Source: a virus (Duplodnaviria > Caudoviricetes). From it: DNA of 51,816 nt. The position numbers were made by a program, and so were the translations under genes. The stretch is taken from positions 1 through 51,816 of the IMG/VR virus record IMGVR_UViG_3300023179_000152; one strand, given 5' to 3'. Under the pieces are notes generated by a model. That model was not told the origin of the DNA. It did not search any database and worked only from the letters and a program-made list of their open reading frames with translations. Of the stretch, positions 24,103-34,619 are shown piece by piece; positions within the stretch are counted from its first letter, which is position 1, and each line of letters begins with the position of its first letter.

Positions 24103-24369
24103 ATGTTATCTAAAATTAAAAATTGGTGGGATAATTTAAAATATTACGATAAAGTTTTCTTTATTACATTTATTCCAGCTACGCTATTCACTCTTTGGGG
24201 TATGAGTGATCTTTATATTAATTATTTTGATGAATTAACAAAAGAAGATCATATGCAGTTTTTTCTTAGAATATTCTTTCCTATATCATTAGCCACCTTA
24301 ATAACAGTATTAGAACGTAATAAGAGACAAAAACTAATAAAAGATATTAAAGATTATCTTGATAAATAA
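24103..24369 (+). CDS. two-TM membrane protein
   Basis: 88 aa with two hydrophobic segments. Confidence 0.7.
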   Translation: MLSKIKNWWDNLKYYDKVFFITFIPATLFTLWGMSDLYINYFDELTKEDHMQFFLRIFFPISLATLITVLERNKRQKLIKDIKDYLDK

Positions 24370-24444
24370 TTATTTCAATCTTTCAATAAGATAAAATATA
24401 TAAACAAATACTGCCACGCATATTAATCCAGTAGCTATTGTCAT
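24370..24444 (-). CDS. 24-aa membrane peptide
   Basis: MTIATGLICVAVFVYIFYLIERLK; GTGTAA 9 nt upstream on the minus strand. Confidence 0.5.
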   Translation of the reverse strand: MTIATGLICVAVFVYIFYLIERLK

Positions 24445-24487
24445 ATAAAAGCATTACACTCTATTAAAATTATGTGTAATACCATAT

Positions 24488-25252
24488 ATGCCACTACCTC
24501 AACCTAAAAAAGGCGAAAAGCAAAACGATTATATGGGTCGTTGCATGCATAAAATTAATAAAGATAATCCAGAAATGGAAAATAAACAACAAGTTGCTAT
24601 TTGCTTAAATACATTTCGTAAACCAAAAAAGAAAAGTAAAGCAAACGAAATCGAAGTAGATTTTTCAGAAGATATTAAAAAGATGAATAAATCGCAAGAA
24701 ATAAAAGTAGAAGAAGCCCCAAAAATTGAAGCAAAGGTAGAAGAAGCAAATAATACAGCAGTAACCGCACCTGCCCCAGAAGTTAAAATAGAAGAAACTA
24801 AAGCTTCTTGTGGAAAACCAAATTGTGGATCAGTTCAACAACCAGAAGAAATTAAAACAGAAGTTAAAGCTGAAAATGATGGTAAAGGTGAATTAATTCA
24901 AACAACTCTTCTTCAAATGCAACACCAATATAAAATATTACATTGGCAAACCCAATCATTTTCACAACATAAATCTTTTGATGAAATAGTAAATAGTCTT
25001 TCTGGTCATATTGATGAATTTATTGAAACTTATATGGGTAAATATGGTAGAGTAATTGCCGCGGGTACATTTAATATTACTCTTGCAAATTATAAAGATG
25101 CAGATTTTATAGCATTAACAGATTCTTATATTAATTTTATGATTAGTTTAAGTACTATGCTAGACACTTCCAAAGATTCAGACTTATTAAATATTAGAGA
25201 TGAAATCCTTGGTTCATTAAATCAATTAAAATATCTATTAACATTATCTTAA
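24488..25252 (+). CDS. protein with C-terminal ferritin/Dps-like (DUF5856-type) domain
   Basis: HWQT.SFSQHKSFD...IDEFIETYMGKYGR...NIRDEI...KYLLTL. Confidence 0.75.
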   Translation: MPLPQPKKGEKQNDYMGRCMHKINKDNPEMENKQQVAICLNTFRKPKKKSKANEIEVDFSEDIKKMNKSQEIKVEEAPKIEAKVEEANNTAVTAPAPEVKIEETKASCGKPNCGSVQQPEEIKTEVKAENDGKGELIQTTLLQMQHQYKILHWQTQSFSQHKSFDEIVNSLSGHIDEFIETYMGKYGRVIAAGTFNITLANYKDADFIALTDSYINFMISLSTMLDTSKDSDLLNIRDEILGSLNQLKYLLTLS

Positions 25253-25256
25253 AATA

Positions 25257-25553
25257 ATGAATAAAAAAATTAAATATATTGAAGTAGATATTACTGAAAC
25301 AGAAGCATATCAAAAGACCTATAAAGGCAAAAAAAGAAGTGCATTAAAAGATAGTGATTTTTTATTTCCAGAAACACGTAGTTTTCCAATTATGTCTGAG
25401 CAAGACGTAAGAGACGCAATCAGTAATTTTGGTCGCATGAAAAGTAATATGAGTTATGATATATTTATTCATAAACTTTGGAATAAAGCTAAATCCAAGG
25501 GTCTTCAAGGCGGGATGCCAGCAAGCACAAAAGAAAAATATAATCTTAAATAA
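25257..25553 (+). CDS. phage hypothetical protein
   Basis: 98 aa; KRSALKDSDFLFP..RSFPI motif. Confidence 0.7.
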   Translation: MNKKIKYIEVDITETEAYQKTYKGKKRSALKDSDFLFPETRSFPIMSEQDVRDAISNFGRMKSNMSYDIFIHKLWNKAKSKGLQGGMPASTKEKYNLK

Positions 25554-25600
25554 ATATTTTAATTAGATTTAAATTAATATTTAATATATAATAATATTAA

Positions 25601-26032
25601 ATGAAAAGATATTGTATTGATTGTGGATCTCCAACAGAATATACGGTTAAAAAACCAACATTTTGTTCAAACTGCGGTAATCCTTTTGAAAAAACAACAC
25701 AAACCGCTCAACCAGTTGTTCAAAAAGTACTAGAGCAAAAAAGAACTATAGCTAAAAAGCAATATATTCCAGAACCAGAATTAATTGATGACGAAGATAA
25801 TGATTTTAATGATGAAAATGAAATTCATGAAGTACCCAATATTTCAAATTTAGAAATTGAAGCACAACATGAAACTCCACAAAAAGGAGTAAAACTAGGT
25901 TCTATTTTAGGAACAGAAACCGATCAACCCAAGAAAGAAAAAAATAAAACTAGAGGCAAAAAAACATCTAAAAAACAAATATTAGAAGATTTTGCAAAAG
26001 AAGCAGGTTCTTTAAGAAAAAGTAAGAGATAA
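25601..26032 (+). CDS. zinc-ribbon protein
   Basis: CIDCG...PTFCSNCG. Confidence 0.75.
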   Translation: MKRYCIDCGSPTEYTVKKPTFCSNCGNPFEKTTQTAQPVVQKVLEQKRTIAKKQYIPEPELIDDEDNDFNDENEIHEVPNISNLEIEAQHETPQKGVKLGSILGTETDQPKKEKNKTRGKKTSKKQILEDFAKEAGSLRKSKR

Positions 26033-26035
26033 TAA

Positions 26036-26719
26036 ATGAAGTCTTCGAAATTCAGTTTCGAAAGTAAAATTTCGGAGATAGATCAAGAAATAAATAAACG
26101 TAGGCATAAATGGAGTCTAACTACATTAGCGTGGCTAGATTTTCATGACGTAGCACAAATATTGCGAATACATATTTATAAAAAATGGAATATGTATGAT
26201 CAAAAACAACCTTTAGCACCTTGGATTAATAGAATAGTAAGTAATCAAATTAAAAATTTAATTAGAAATAATTATGGTAATTATTCTAGACCATGTTTAA
26301 AATGCGCAGCAGCAGAAAATGAAGACGGATGCAATATCTATGAAACTCAATGTAGTAAATGTCCATTATATGCAAAATGGGAAAAAAGCAAAAAATCTGC
26401 ACATGATGTTAAATTACCAGTAGCACTTGAAAATCATACTCAAGAAGTTCATAATATTATTGAAGATGAAATAAATATAGAAAAAGCCGCAGAAAATATT
26501 CATACAAAAATGAAGCATATTCTTAAACCTGTTGAATGGAAATTTTATGAATTATATTATATTAAGCATAAAACTGAAGAAGAGTCAGCGAAATTAATGG
26601 GTTACAAAACAAGTGAAAAAAATAGAAAGATTGGATATAAGCAAGTTAAAAATTTAAAAAAATCAATTATGTCAAAAGTTAAAAAGCACTTATATAATGG
26701 AGATATTGATATATATTAA
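26036..26719 (+). CDS. phage RNA polymerase sigma factor (sigma70-like)
   Basis: Region-2-like DFHDVAQ..RIHIYKKW.MYD...PWINRIVSNQIKNLIR; Cys-rich insert; C-terminal HTH-like segment. Confidence 0.7.
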   Translation: MKSSKFSFESKISEIDQEINKRRHKWSLTTLAWLDFHDVAQILRIHIYKKWNMYDQKQPLAPWINRIVSNQIKNLIRNNYGNYSRPCLKCAAAENEDGCNIYETQCSKCPLYAKWEKSKKSAHDVKLPVALENHTQEVHNIIEDEINIEKAAENIHTKMKHILKPVEWKFYELYYIKHKTEEESAKLMGYKTSEKNRKIGYKQVKNLKKSIMSKVKKHLYNGDIDIY

Positions 26720-26720
26720 T

Positions 26721-27815
26721 ATGAGTGAAAACCTACCAGAACTTACAGAAGAACAACAATTAAATCTATTAAATGAATGGAATAATAGAGCAGATAACCC
26801 ACCCTCATTAACTGAATTAGTTAAACTTGCTTTTGGTAGAGATGATCTTGATGGTAGAAGCAAAGAAGGCAAAGCAGTAAAACAATTTTTAGCAGCAAGA
26901 CAAATTAAACCACGAAAAAGCCATGAATACCAAGCTAAAGGTCTTATAGAACTAACAGAAGATCAAAAAGAATATATTAGTAATAATTGTGCCACCATGA
27001 CTGGTATAGAAATAGCTAAAATTTTATTTAAAAATGAATCATTAACAAATCTTTGTCAAGAAACTAGAAGCGTTCTTGATTATATGAAAACTATACCAAG
27101 CAATATTAAATATCTTAATGATGTAAATGAAAACGCTGCCACAGAAACTTATAAAGCTCCAAGAAGCGAAGAAAGAATGATAGTAAAAATTAATAAATAT
27201 ATATTAGATGGAATTGATAAAGAAAAAATTACTCCAAGACAAAAGAAAGAAGTAAATTCTTTAATTGGTTATATGAATACCTATAGATTTACGCATCAAA
27301 TTAATCTTTATGATGATGAAAATGACAGGGAACTTTTTGAAAGTAGCTTTGTAAGATATACTTACGATAAAAGCGATTTAACTCAAGAAGAAGTAGATCA
27401 ATATATTGTTCTCGCAACAGAAGTTGTAATATCTTCTAGTATTCAACAAACGATTACAACTCTTCAAAATCAAATAGATCTTGCAACACAAGAAGATGGT
27501 AAAATTCCTATGACATTAGTAGAAGCAAGTAGTACAGCTCGTAAAGAATATAATGATTGCGTTAATCGCCAACAAAAATTATTGCAAGACTTAAAAGTTA
27601 AAAGAAGTGAAAGGCTTAGCAAACAAGTTAAAGAAAATGCTAGCATCTTAAATCTTGTTGAAATGTGGAAACAAGAAGAATCAAGACAAAAATTATTAAA
27701 AATAGCAGAACTTAGAAAAAATAGCATTAAGAAAGAAATTGAACGGCTTGGTTCGATGGATGAACTAAAAGCTAGAATACTTGGAATATCAGAAGACGAT
27801 ATTTTAAACGGATAA
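26721..27815 (+). CDS. hypothetical helical protein, possibly packaging-related
   Basis: 364 aa upstream of the nuclease and terminase; start at ATG 26721. Confidence 0.7.
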   Translation: MSENLPELTEEQQLNLLNEWNNRADNPPSLTELVKLAFGRDDLDGRSKEGKAVKQFLAARQIKPRKSHEYQAKGLIELTEDQKEYISNNCATMTGIEIAKILFKNESLTNLCQETRSVLDYMKTIPSNIKYLNDVNENAATETYKAPRSEERMIVKINKYILDGIDKEKITPRQKKEVNSLIGYMNTYRFTHQINLYDDENDRELFESSFVRYTYDKSDLTQEEVDQYIVLATEVVISSSIQQTITTLQNQIDLATQEDGKIPMTLVEASSTARKEYNDCVNRQQKLLQDLKVKRSERLSKQVKENASILNLVEMWKQEESRQKLLKIAELRKNSIKKEIERLGSMDELKARILGISEDDILNG

Positions 27816-27819
27816 TTTT

Positions 27820-28755
27820 ATGGCAGTTATATGTAAAGTAGATGGAAAAGAGTTTCCAACTGAAAAGGCATTACATATGTCTCTCAAGGGCTATGGTTTG
27901 AATAAAGTAAAATATTATCAAACATACTTTGAAAGACGAGATTTATTAACAAATGAACTTATTAATTTCAAAACAAAAGAACAATATTTAAATAGTGATT
28001 TTAACGATAAAAATAATATGAAAAAATGGCTCAAACAACAGCCAATCGAAAAAGCTCAAGAATATTGTAAACAATTATTATCTAAAAGAAAAGATGAGAA
28101 AAATTTAACTTATAGTCCTTCTCAAGTAGAGTTGAGAACAATTATGGCGCCATCTATTGTTTTTTATAATAAAATATTTAATGATTATTATGATGTTTGT
28201 TCGAGTTTAGGATTAGAGAATAGATTTATTCACACAAATAATATAACAGATCAATTTAAAAATAAATTAAACAAGAAATCAATTATATATGTTGATACAA
28301 GAGAGCAGAGCTGGTTAAAGTTTGATACAAAATTTGAAATTAAAACTCTACCATTTGGAGACTATTCTTGTAGTAATGATAATTGCAAATGTTTTATAGA
28401 AAGAAAAAGCTTAAGCGATTTCATTAGCACATTAAGCGTTAAAAACTTTGATAGATTTAAAAATGAGATAGATCGAGCAAAGAAAAGTGGAGCATATTTA
28501 ATTGTTATCGTTGAGGAAAAACTATCTAACGCACTTAGCTTTCAATATCTTCCTCATATTAGCAAAAAGATTAAAGCAACTCCAGAGTATATATTTCATA
28601 ATGTTAGAGAATTATTACAAAACTATGATAATCTACAATTTCTTTTTGTAGATGGAAGAGGAGAGATGACGAGAGTAATTGAGTCTATTTTTACATCAAA
28701 TTGTTTTTATAAACAAATAGATCTTCAATTAGCTTATGATCTAAAACTATTATGA
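27820..28755 (+). CDS. ERCC4/XPF-family nuclease
   Basis: YVDTREQ...GDY...IERKSLSDF. Confidence 0.85.
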   Translation: MAVICKVDGKEFPTEKALHMSLKGYGLNKVKYYQTYFERRDLLTNELINFKTKEQYLNSDFNDKNNMKKWLKQQPIEKAQEYCKQLLSKRKDEKNLTYSPSQVELRTIMAPSIVFYNKIFNDYYDVCSSLGLENRFIHTNNITDQFKNKLNKKSIIYVDTREQSWLKFDTKFEIKTLPFGDYSCSNDNCKCFIERKSLSDFISTLSVKNFDRFKNEIDRAKKSGAYLIVIVEEKLSNALSFQYLPHISKKIKATPEYIFHNVRELLQNYDNLQFLFVDGRGEMTRVIESIFTSNCFYKQIDLQLAYDLKLL

Positions 28756-30596
28756 TATATTCTCCAGATAAATATAAAAAAGATTATCCAGATGTCAATA
28801 AACAATTGATGGAACTCAAGGGTATTCTTAATGATAAAGATGCTAAAATTTCTCTGGCTAAATTTTTAAGAGCTAACTTAGGTTTTACTACAGAACTTAT
28901 AAGTGGCATCAAATTAGCACCATACCAAGAAATTCATCTTAAAGGTTTATTAAATAGAAACTTTAGCATGTGTGTATTTGGTCGAGGCTGTGGTAAAAGC
29001 TTTATCGCGAGCGTGTTTTGTTTTCTTCAATGCGTTTTTGAACCTAATACTAAAATTTTAATTGCAGGACCAACATTCAGAACAGCCAGATTCATATTTA
29101 ATAATTTAGAGAAAATTGTAAATAGCAAAGGCGCAGAACTTCTTCAGCAAGCTTTTGGTTCGAAAAGCAAAAGAAATGATCAATATGAATGGTCAATTAA
29201 TGGCGGAAGTATTGTAGCCATTCCTTTAAGTGGAGAAAAGATTCGAGGATTTCGTGCTAACGTATTAGTGCTTGACGAGTTCCTTTTGCTATCTGAAGAT
29301 ATTGTTAAAACTGTTTTAATGCCATTCTTAGTTGCTCCACAAAATATGAAAGAGCGAATGGAAATTAGAGAAATGGAAGATGCTTTGATTAGAGAAGGAG
29401 CGATGAAAGAAGAGGACAGAATGGTCTTTGAAAATAATAGCAAAATGATAGCTTTATCTTCAGCAAGTTATACATTTGAAAATCTTTACAAAACATATAA
29501 TGAATGGGTAGAAAAAATTCACTCAAAAGAAGATACAGAAGCATCTTATTTTGTATCTCAATTAAGTTACGAAGCCTTACCTCCAGAGATGGTAGATAAA
29601 ACAATTATTGAAGAAGCTCAAAATGGAGGATCAAGTCATAGTAGTTTTTTAAGAGAATATTGCGCAAGATTTATTGATGGTAGTGATAGTTATTTTAGCG
29701 CAAAAAAGATGGAGGAATGTACTATTCCAAATGGTCAAGCACCTCATACTTTAATGAAAGGAACCCCTGGAAAAAAATATATTCTTGGGATCGATCCTAA
29801 TATGAGCGACAGTCCTAATGCGGATTATTTTGCTATGGCAGTGATAGAAATTGATGAAGAAACTAAAACTGGCACATTAGTTCACACTTATGCTGGATTA
29901 GGAAATTTAAAAAATCACGTTAATTACTTTTATTATATTATGACAAATTTTAATATTGTATTCATGATTTTGGATAACGCTGGAGCTGATATATTTCTTT
30001 CAGCTTGTAATCAATCTGAATTATTTAAAAGCAATAATCTAGTAATCAATACTTTTGAATTTAATTCTGATTTAGAAGGCACAGATTATGATCAAGAAGT
30101 TCGTAAAGTTAGAAATAGTTATAATTTAGAATTAAAGAAAATAGCCTTTAATCAAGTCTTTACAAGCAACTTTATTCGTAAGGCTAATGAACATTTACAA
30201 GCCTCTATTGATTATAAGAAAATATGGTTTGCCAGCAAAACTTGCGCTAATGATAATTTCTTCGAAACCGTATTTTCTCAAAATATTCCATTAGATTTAA
30301 TGAAAACAGAAGAAAAGAAAGACTGGTCTACTTTAGATTTTATTGAAAATCAAGATGATTTTATTTATCAAACTAAAAAACAATGTACTCTAGTAGAACA
30401 CTCATCTACCGCTAGGGGTACCCAATCCTTTGATTTACCTCAACATTTAAAAAGAAGCAGTTCATCTAATAAAGCTAGAAAAGATAATTATTCTGCACTT
30501 TTATTAGCAAATTGGGGATTGAAGTGCTATAATGATATAATAAACGCACCAAAAGAGGAGATATCGAACACTTTTACGCCAATAATGATAAAATAA
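28752..30596 (+). CDS. terL: terminase large subunit
   Basis: GRGCGKS Walker A, IRGFRANVLVLDE Walker B, ILGIDP and RKDNYSAL nuclease motifs. Confidence 0.92.
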   Translation: MIYSPDKYKKDYPDVNKQLMELKGILNDKDAKISLAKFLRANLGFTTELISGIKLAPYQEIHLKGLLNRNFSMCVFGRGCGKSFIASVFCFLQCVFEPNTKILIAGPTFRTARFIFNNLEKIVNSKGAELLQQAFGSKSKRNDQYEWSINGGSIVAIPLSGEKIRGFRANVLVLDEFLLLSEDIVKTVLMPFLVAPQNMKERMEIREMEDALIREGAMKEEDRMVFENNSKMIALSSASYTFENLYKTYNEWVEKIHSKEDTEASYFVSQLSYEALPPEMVDKTIIEEAQNGGSSHSSFLREYCARFIDGSDSYFSAKKMEECTIPNGQAPHTLMKGTPGKKYILGIDPNMSDSPNADYFAMAVIEIDEETKTGTLVHTYAGLGNLKNHVNYFYYIMTNFNIVFMILDNAGADIFLSACNQSELFKSNNLVINTFEFNSDLEGTDYDQEVRKVRNSYNLELKKIAFNQVFTSNFIRKANEHLQASIDYKKIWFASKTCANDNFFETVFSQNIPLDLMKTEEKKDWSTLDFIENQDDFIYQTKKQCTLVEHSSTARGTQSFDLPQHLKRSSSSNKARKDNYSALLLANWGLKCYNDIINAPKEEISNTFTPIMIK

Positions 30597-30614
30597 GTGT
30601 AATATTCAAGTTAA

Positions 30615-32552
30615 ATGAGTAAAAAAACTAAAAAAATAAACGAAATAAAAGCTTCTATAGCTATACCAACTTCAGCGATTCCAGAGGCAACCCCTCTTAT
30701 GGTGTATGGTAGCGAATTAAATAGTACAGCTAAAAGAGCTAAAATAGCGGAAATTAGAGCTTCCACTTCTTCTAGAAGAAATGCAGCTGGAGATATCGAA
30801 AGAACAAATAGATTTACAAATATTGATACAGGATTAATTCCTTTTAGATATTCAACATATATTAGAAATTTATCTACTCTTGATGTAAGAGATGCAATTA
30901 TTTTATGTCAAAAAGCCTATTATAATGTTGCTGTATTTAGAAATACCATAGATTTAATGACAGAATTTTCTACTAGTCCAATATATTTAACTGGTGGTAG
31001 TCAAAAATCTCGCGAATTTTTTGAAGCATATTTCAAAAAAATTAATCTGGCAAGTTTTCAAGATCAATTCTTTCGCGAATACTATAGAAGTGGTAATGTT
31101 TTTGTTTACAGATTTGATACAAGTTTAAGTCCAGAGCAATTATTAAAAATTACTCAAACTTTTGGATCTAAGTTAAAATCTATAGCTGATAATGGTCAAG
31201 TAACAGTTCCAGCCAGATATACTTTAATCAATCCAGCAGATGTTTATATTGGCGGCACAGTAAATTATACATTTAATATGTATTATAAATTATTAAGTAG
31301 TTACGAATTAGAAAGATTAAGAGATCCTAAGACAGATGAAGATCGTGAAGTATATAATAATTTACCAGATGATGTTAAAAAACAAGTAGATAATAAAAGT
31401 ATTTCATATATTTTAATGCCATTAGATAAAACTAAACTAGCAGCAGTATTTTATAAGAAACAAGATTATGAGCCACTTTCTATTCCAATGGGATTCCCAG
31501 TTCTTGATGATATTAATTGGAAATTAGAAATGAAAAAAATGGATATGGCTGTAACAAGGACAATGCAACAAGCAGTTCTTCTTGTAACTATGGGAACAGA
31601 TCCAGATAAAGGTGGAGTTAATCAAAAGAATCTTCAAGCGATGCAACAATTATTTGAAAATCAAAGCGTTGGAAGAGTTCTTATTGCTGATTATACAACA
31701 AAAGCACAATTTGTTATTCCTGATATTGGAAATCTTATTGGACCTCAAAAGTATGAAGTTGTTGATAGAGATATTCAAATTGGTTTAAATAATATTCTTA
31801 TTGGAAGTGAAAAATTTGCTAATCAAAGTATAAAAGTTCAAGTATTTGTAGAAAGATTAAAGCAAGCCAGAGAAGTATTTATTAATGAATTTTTAATTCC
31901 AGAAATTAGAAGAATGAGTAAAGATCTTGGATTTAAAAATTTTCCAACACCCGCTTTTGAAGAAATGAGTCTCAAAGACGATGTTCAATATTCTAGAATA
32001 TTTAATAGACTTATTGAGCTTGGAATATTAACTCCAGAAGAAGGATTACAAGCTATTGAAAAAGGAAGACTTCCTACTACAGAAGAATCTATTCAATCGC
32101 AGCAAAAATTTAGAGATCTTAAAGATCAAGGATTGTATCAACCAATTATTGGGGGCGGAGCTGGAGCTATGGCTGGAAGGCCAGCTGGATCTACTGGTAT
32201 TAAACAATCAACTAAAAATGTTAAACCAATCGGAAGTAATGCTAATTTTTCGGTGACAAAAATTAAAGATAATATTTTAGCAAGCCAAAATCTTGAAGAA
32301 GAAGTAAAATCTGCAATTAGAAAGAAATTTAATGTTAAAAAATTAAGTAATCAACAAAAAGAAGATGCAGAAAAAGTATCTGAAATTATTATATCAAACG
32401 AAACTCCAGAAAATTGGATATCTAAAATTGATCAATATTTAGATAAACCATTCGATCAAAATCAAGAACAAATTAATAATATACAAGAAATTGCAGCAGA
32501 GCATCAAGTAACAAATTACATCGCTTCTTTATTATATCATAGTCAAAAATAG
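30615..32552 (+). CDS. portal protein
   Basis: 645 aa directly after terminase; FRNTIDLMTEF, EYYRSGNVF and KKQDYEP motifs. Confidence 0.8.
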   Translation: MSKKTKKINEIKASIAIPTSAIPEATPLMVYGSELNSTAKRAKIAEIRASTSSRRNAAGDIERTNRFTNIDTGLIPFRYSTYIRNLSTLDVRDAIILCQKAYYNVAVFRNTIDLMTEFSTSPIYLTGGSQKSREFFEAYFKKINLASFQDQFFREYYRSGNVFVYRFDTSLSPEQLLKITQTFGSKLKSIADNGQVTVPARYTLINPADVYIGGTVNYTFNMYYKLLSSYELERLRDPKTDEDREVYNNLPDDVKKQVDNKSISYILMPLDKTKLAAVFYKKQDYEPLSIPMGFPVLDDINWKLEMKKMDMAVTRTMQQAVLLVTMGTDPDKGGVNQKNLQAMQQLFENQSVGRVLIADYTTKAQFVIPDIGNLIGPQKYEVVDRDIQIGLNNILIGSEKFANQSIKVQVFVERLKQAREVFINEFLIPEIRRMSKDLGFKNFPTPAFEEMSLKDDVQYSRIFNRLIELGILTPEEGLQAIEKGRLPTTEESIQSQQKFRDLKDQGLYQPIIGGGAGAMAGRPAGSTGIKQSTKNVKPIGSNANFSVTKIKDNILASQNLEEEVKSAIRKKFNVKKLSNQQKEDAEKVSEIIISNETPENWISKIDQYLDKPFDQNQEQINNIQEIAAEHQVTNYIASLLYHSQK

Positions 32553-32586
32553 TTAAACTTAATATATTTTATGTGTAAATCATTAG

Positions 32587-32874
32587 ATGCGCACATTTAA
32601 TGGTTTACAAATTTTTACAGAACAACTAACTAATTCTGGACAATTAGACTCGCGATATGTAACTTTATATACAGATCAAACTATAACTGGATCTAAAACT
32701 TTAAAAAATAATATAATTTTTAATCCAAACTATGCTCCATCTAATCCTAATTCTCCAGGATATAGTGGACAAATAGCTTTTAATAGAGATTATATTTTTA
32801 TTTGTGTTAGTGGAAATGGAATCAACGGAGATTGGAGGGCTGCGCCAATTGGAACAAATTGGGCTTTAAATTAA
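32587..32874 (+). CDS. small tail/fibre-associated protein
   Basis: N-terminus shared with 35052; C-terminal SPGYSGQIAF...W module. Confidence 0.7.
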   Translation: MRTFNGLQIFTEQLTNSGQLDSRYVTLYTDQTITGSKTLKNNIIFNPNYAPSNPNSPGYSGQIAFNRDYIFICVSGNGINGDWRAAPIGTNWALN

Positions 32875-32875
32875 T

Positions 32876-34606
32876 ATGGCTACAAATAATGTATACGATC
32901 AAATTTTAACTCTTCAAAAAATTCCAAATGGAGGATTTACTTACGTTAATTCTAATCAAGGTATTACTTTATCTAGTGGACAACAATTTTTTATTGATAG
33001 CGTTTATACTGGATTTTTTCCACCAGTGCCCGCTGGCTCTGCAGATAAAAATAAATTCAGAAAACAAAAATGGTTAAGTATTGGCCTTGAAGGAAATTCT
33101 TTTAGAAGATATATAAATGAAAATAGTGGATTACAAGGTATTCCTTCTGGTTTAGAACCTGGAAATTTTGTTTATTTTACAATAGAACCTAAAAGTAGTC
33201 TTTTAGAATCTGGAATAAATACAGATGCAAATAACGCAAGATATATATCATCTCTTAGAGCAAAACCTTATATGGTTGTTGAAAATGATGCAAATAGGCC
33301 AAATAGTTATGAAAAAACACCATCAAATCTTTTTACAGGAGTATCTGGAAATAATAATTTCGTAGTATTTCATCCTCAAAGTAAATATAAAAACCTAGCA
33401 TTACAAGCTATAAGATTTCATCCAATCATTGGAAATGGCTATATTGAATATAATTTATGGAGTGGAGTGCCAATAACTATACAACCCAAAAATCATCATA
33501 TAGAAACATTTACTAAAATTAATATAAAAAGTGGATCTAATATAAATTATGGAAATACTACAAGAAATTTATCTTTTACAAATCAATTTCAACAAATTGC
33601 TAGCGGTTTTATACTAATAGTAAGTGGATCTTCTTATTCAGAAGCAAATGGAATATATGTTTTAAAGCAAGGCTCTCCTAGTAATTATATTAATGAAAAT
33701 AATTATAGAATATATAATAGTGGAAATACTAATACATGGGTTTTAGCACAACCAAAAAATACAGGAATTAGTTATACAATATCTCCAGATACAATTAATT
33801 TCAATAGTATATATAAAGCATCATCAACAGCGTTTCCATATACGCATAAAATTTATGCAAATCCACAACGTCAAAATGAAAATCCTTATTACGCATATAC
33901 TCATTTTAACTGGACAGGAATAAATAATAACTCTTCAATAAGAGTAAGCCTAGGTTGCTCAGATGTTAATGTAAGTTATCCCTATTATCCTTCTATAGGT
34001 TTATTATTTTCTAATAATAGTTCATGGAATGGTTTTAATACAACAACAAATAAACCTACTGGAGCATATATTACTAGTAAAAATTCACTTTCATCACTAC
34101 CAGTTTCAAAAATTAATCAGTATTCTAAATTTACAATTAATAGTTATAATTGGTCTCCAGACACGAATGGAGTGAATCCAAATATAAAATTATACTATCC
34201 ATATATTATATTTGATAATCAAGGGTTAGATTATTTTCCTTATACATACTCTACATTATTGCAAAATGAATTGATAGTTAAAGAAAGAATTAATTTTAAA
34301 AGACCATTATCTGCAAATCTGCATCAAGCTAAAAAAGTTAATATAAAATTTAACTATGAAAGAGATGACAGAGTAGCACAAGATCAATTGATAATTAGAA
34401 ATATATATCCAATAACACAAAAAATTTATAGTGGATATAGTAAAAATATAGAATTATATGACGAAAGAGATAATGGTTCATATGATACTACTCCATTTTA
34501 TGTAATGTCTGGAAAAAATTATAGTTTTGAACAAAATGAATTGTTTATATATAAATCTAGACCAGATTTTAATAACGCAACAAAGCAAAGTGTAATTAAA
34601 TGGTAA
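32876..34606 (+). CDS. putative virion structural protein
   Basis: 576 aa, N/S/Y-rich, in the structural cluster. Confidence 0.7.
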   Translation: MATNNVYDQILTLQKIPNGGFTYVNSNQGITLSSGQQFFIDSVYTGFFPPVPAGSADKNKFRKQKWLSIGLEGNSFRRYINENSGLQGIPSGLEPGNFVYFTIEPKSSLLESGINTDANNARYISSLRAKPYMVVENDANRPNSYEKTPSNLFTGVSGNNNFVVFHPQSKYKNLALQAIRFHPIIGNGYIEYNLWSGVPITIQPKNHHIETFTKINIKSGSNINYGNTTRNLSFTNQFQQIASGFILIVSGSSYSEANGIYVLKQGSPSNYINENNYRIYNSGNTNTWVLAQPKNTGISYTISPDTINFNSIYKASSTAFPYTHKIYANPQRQNENPYYAYTHFNWTGINNNSSIRVSLGCSDVNVSYPYYPSIGLLFSNNSSWNGFNTTTNKPTGAYITSKNSLSSLPVSKINQYSKFTINSYNWSPDTNGVNPNIKLYYPYIIFDNQGLDYFPYTYSTLLQNELIVKERINFKRPLSANLHQAKKVNIKFNYERDDRVAQDQLIIRNIYPITQKIYSGYSKNIELYDERDNGSYDTTPFYVMSGKNYSFEQNELFIYKSRPDFNNATKQSVIKW

Positions 34607-34619
34607 ATAAATTATACAG

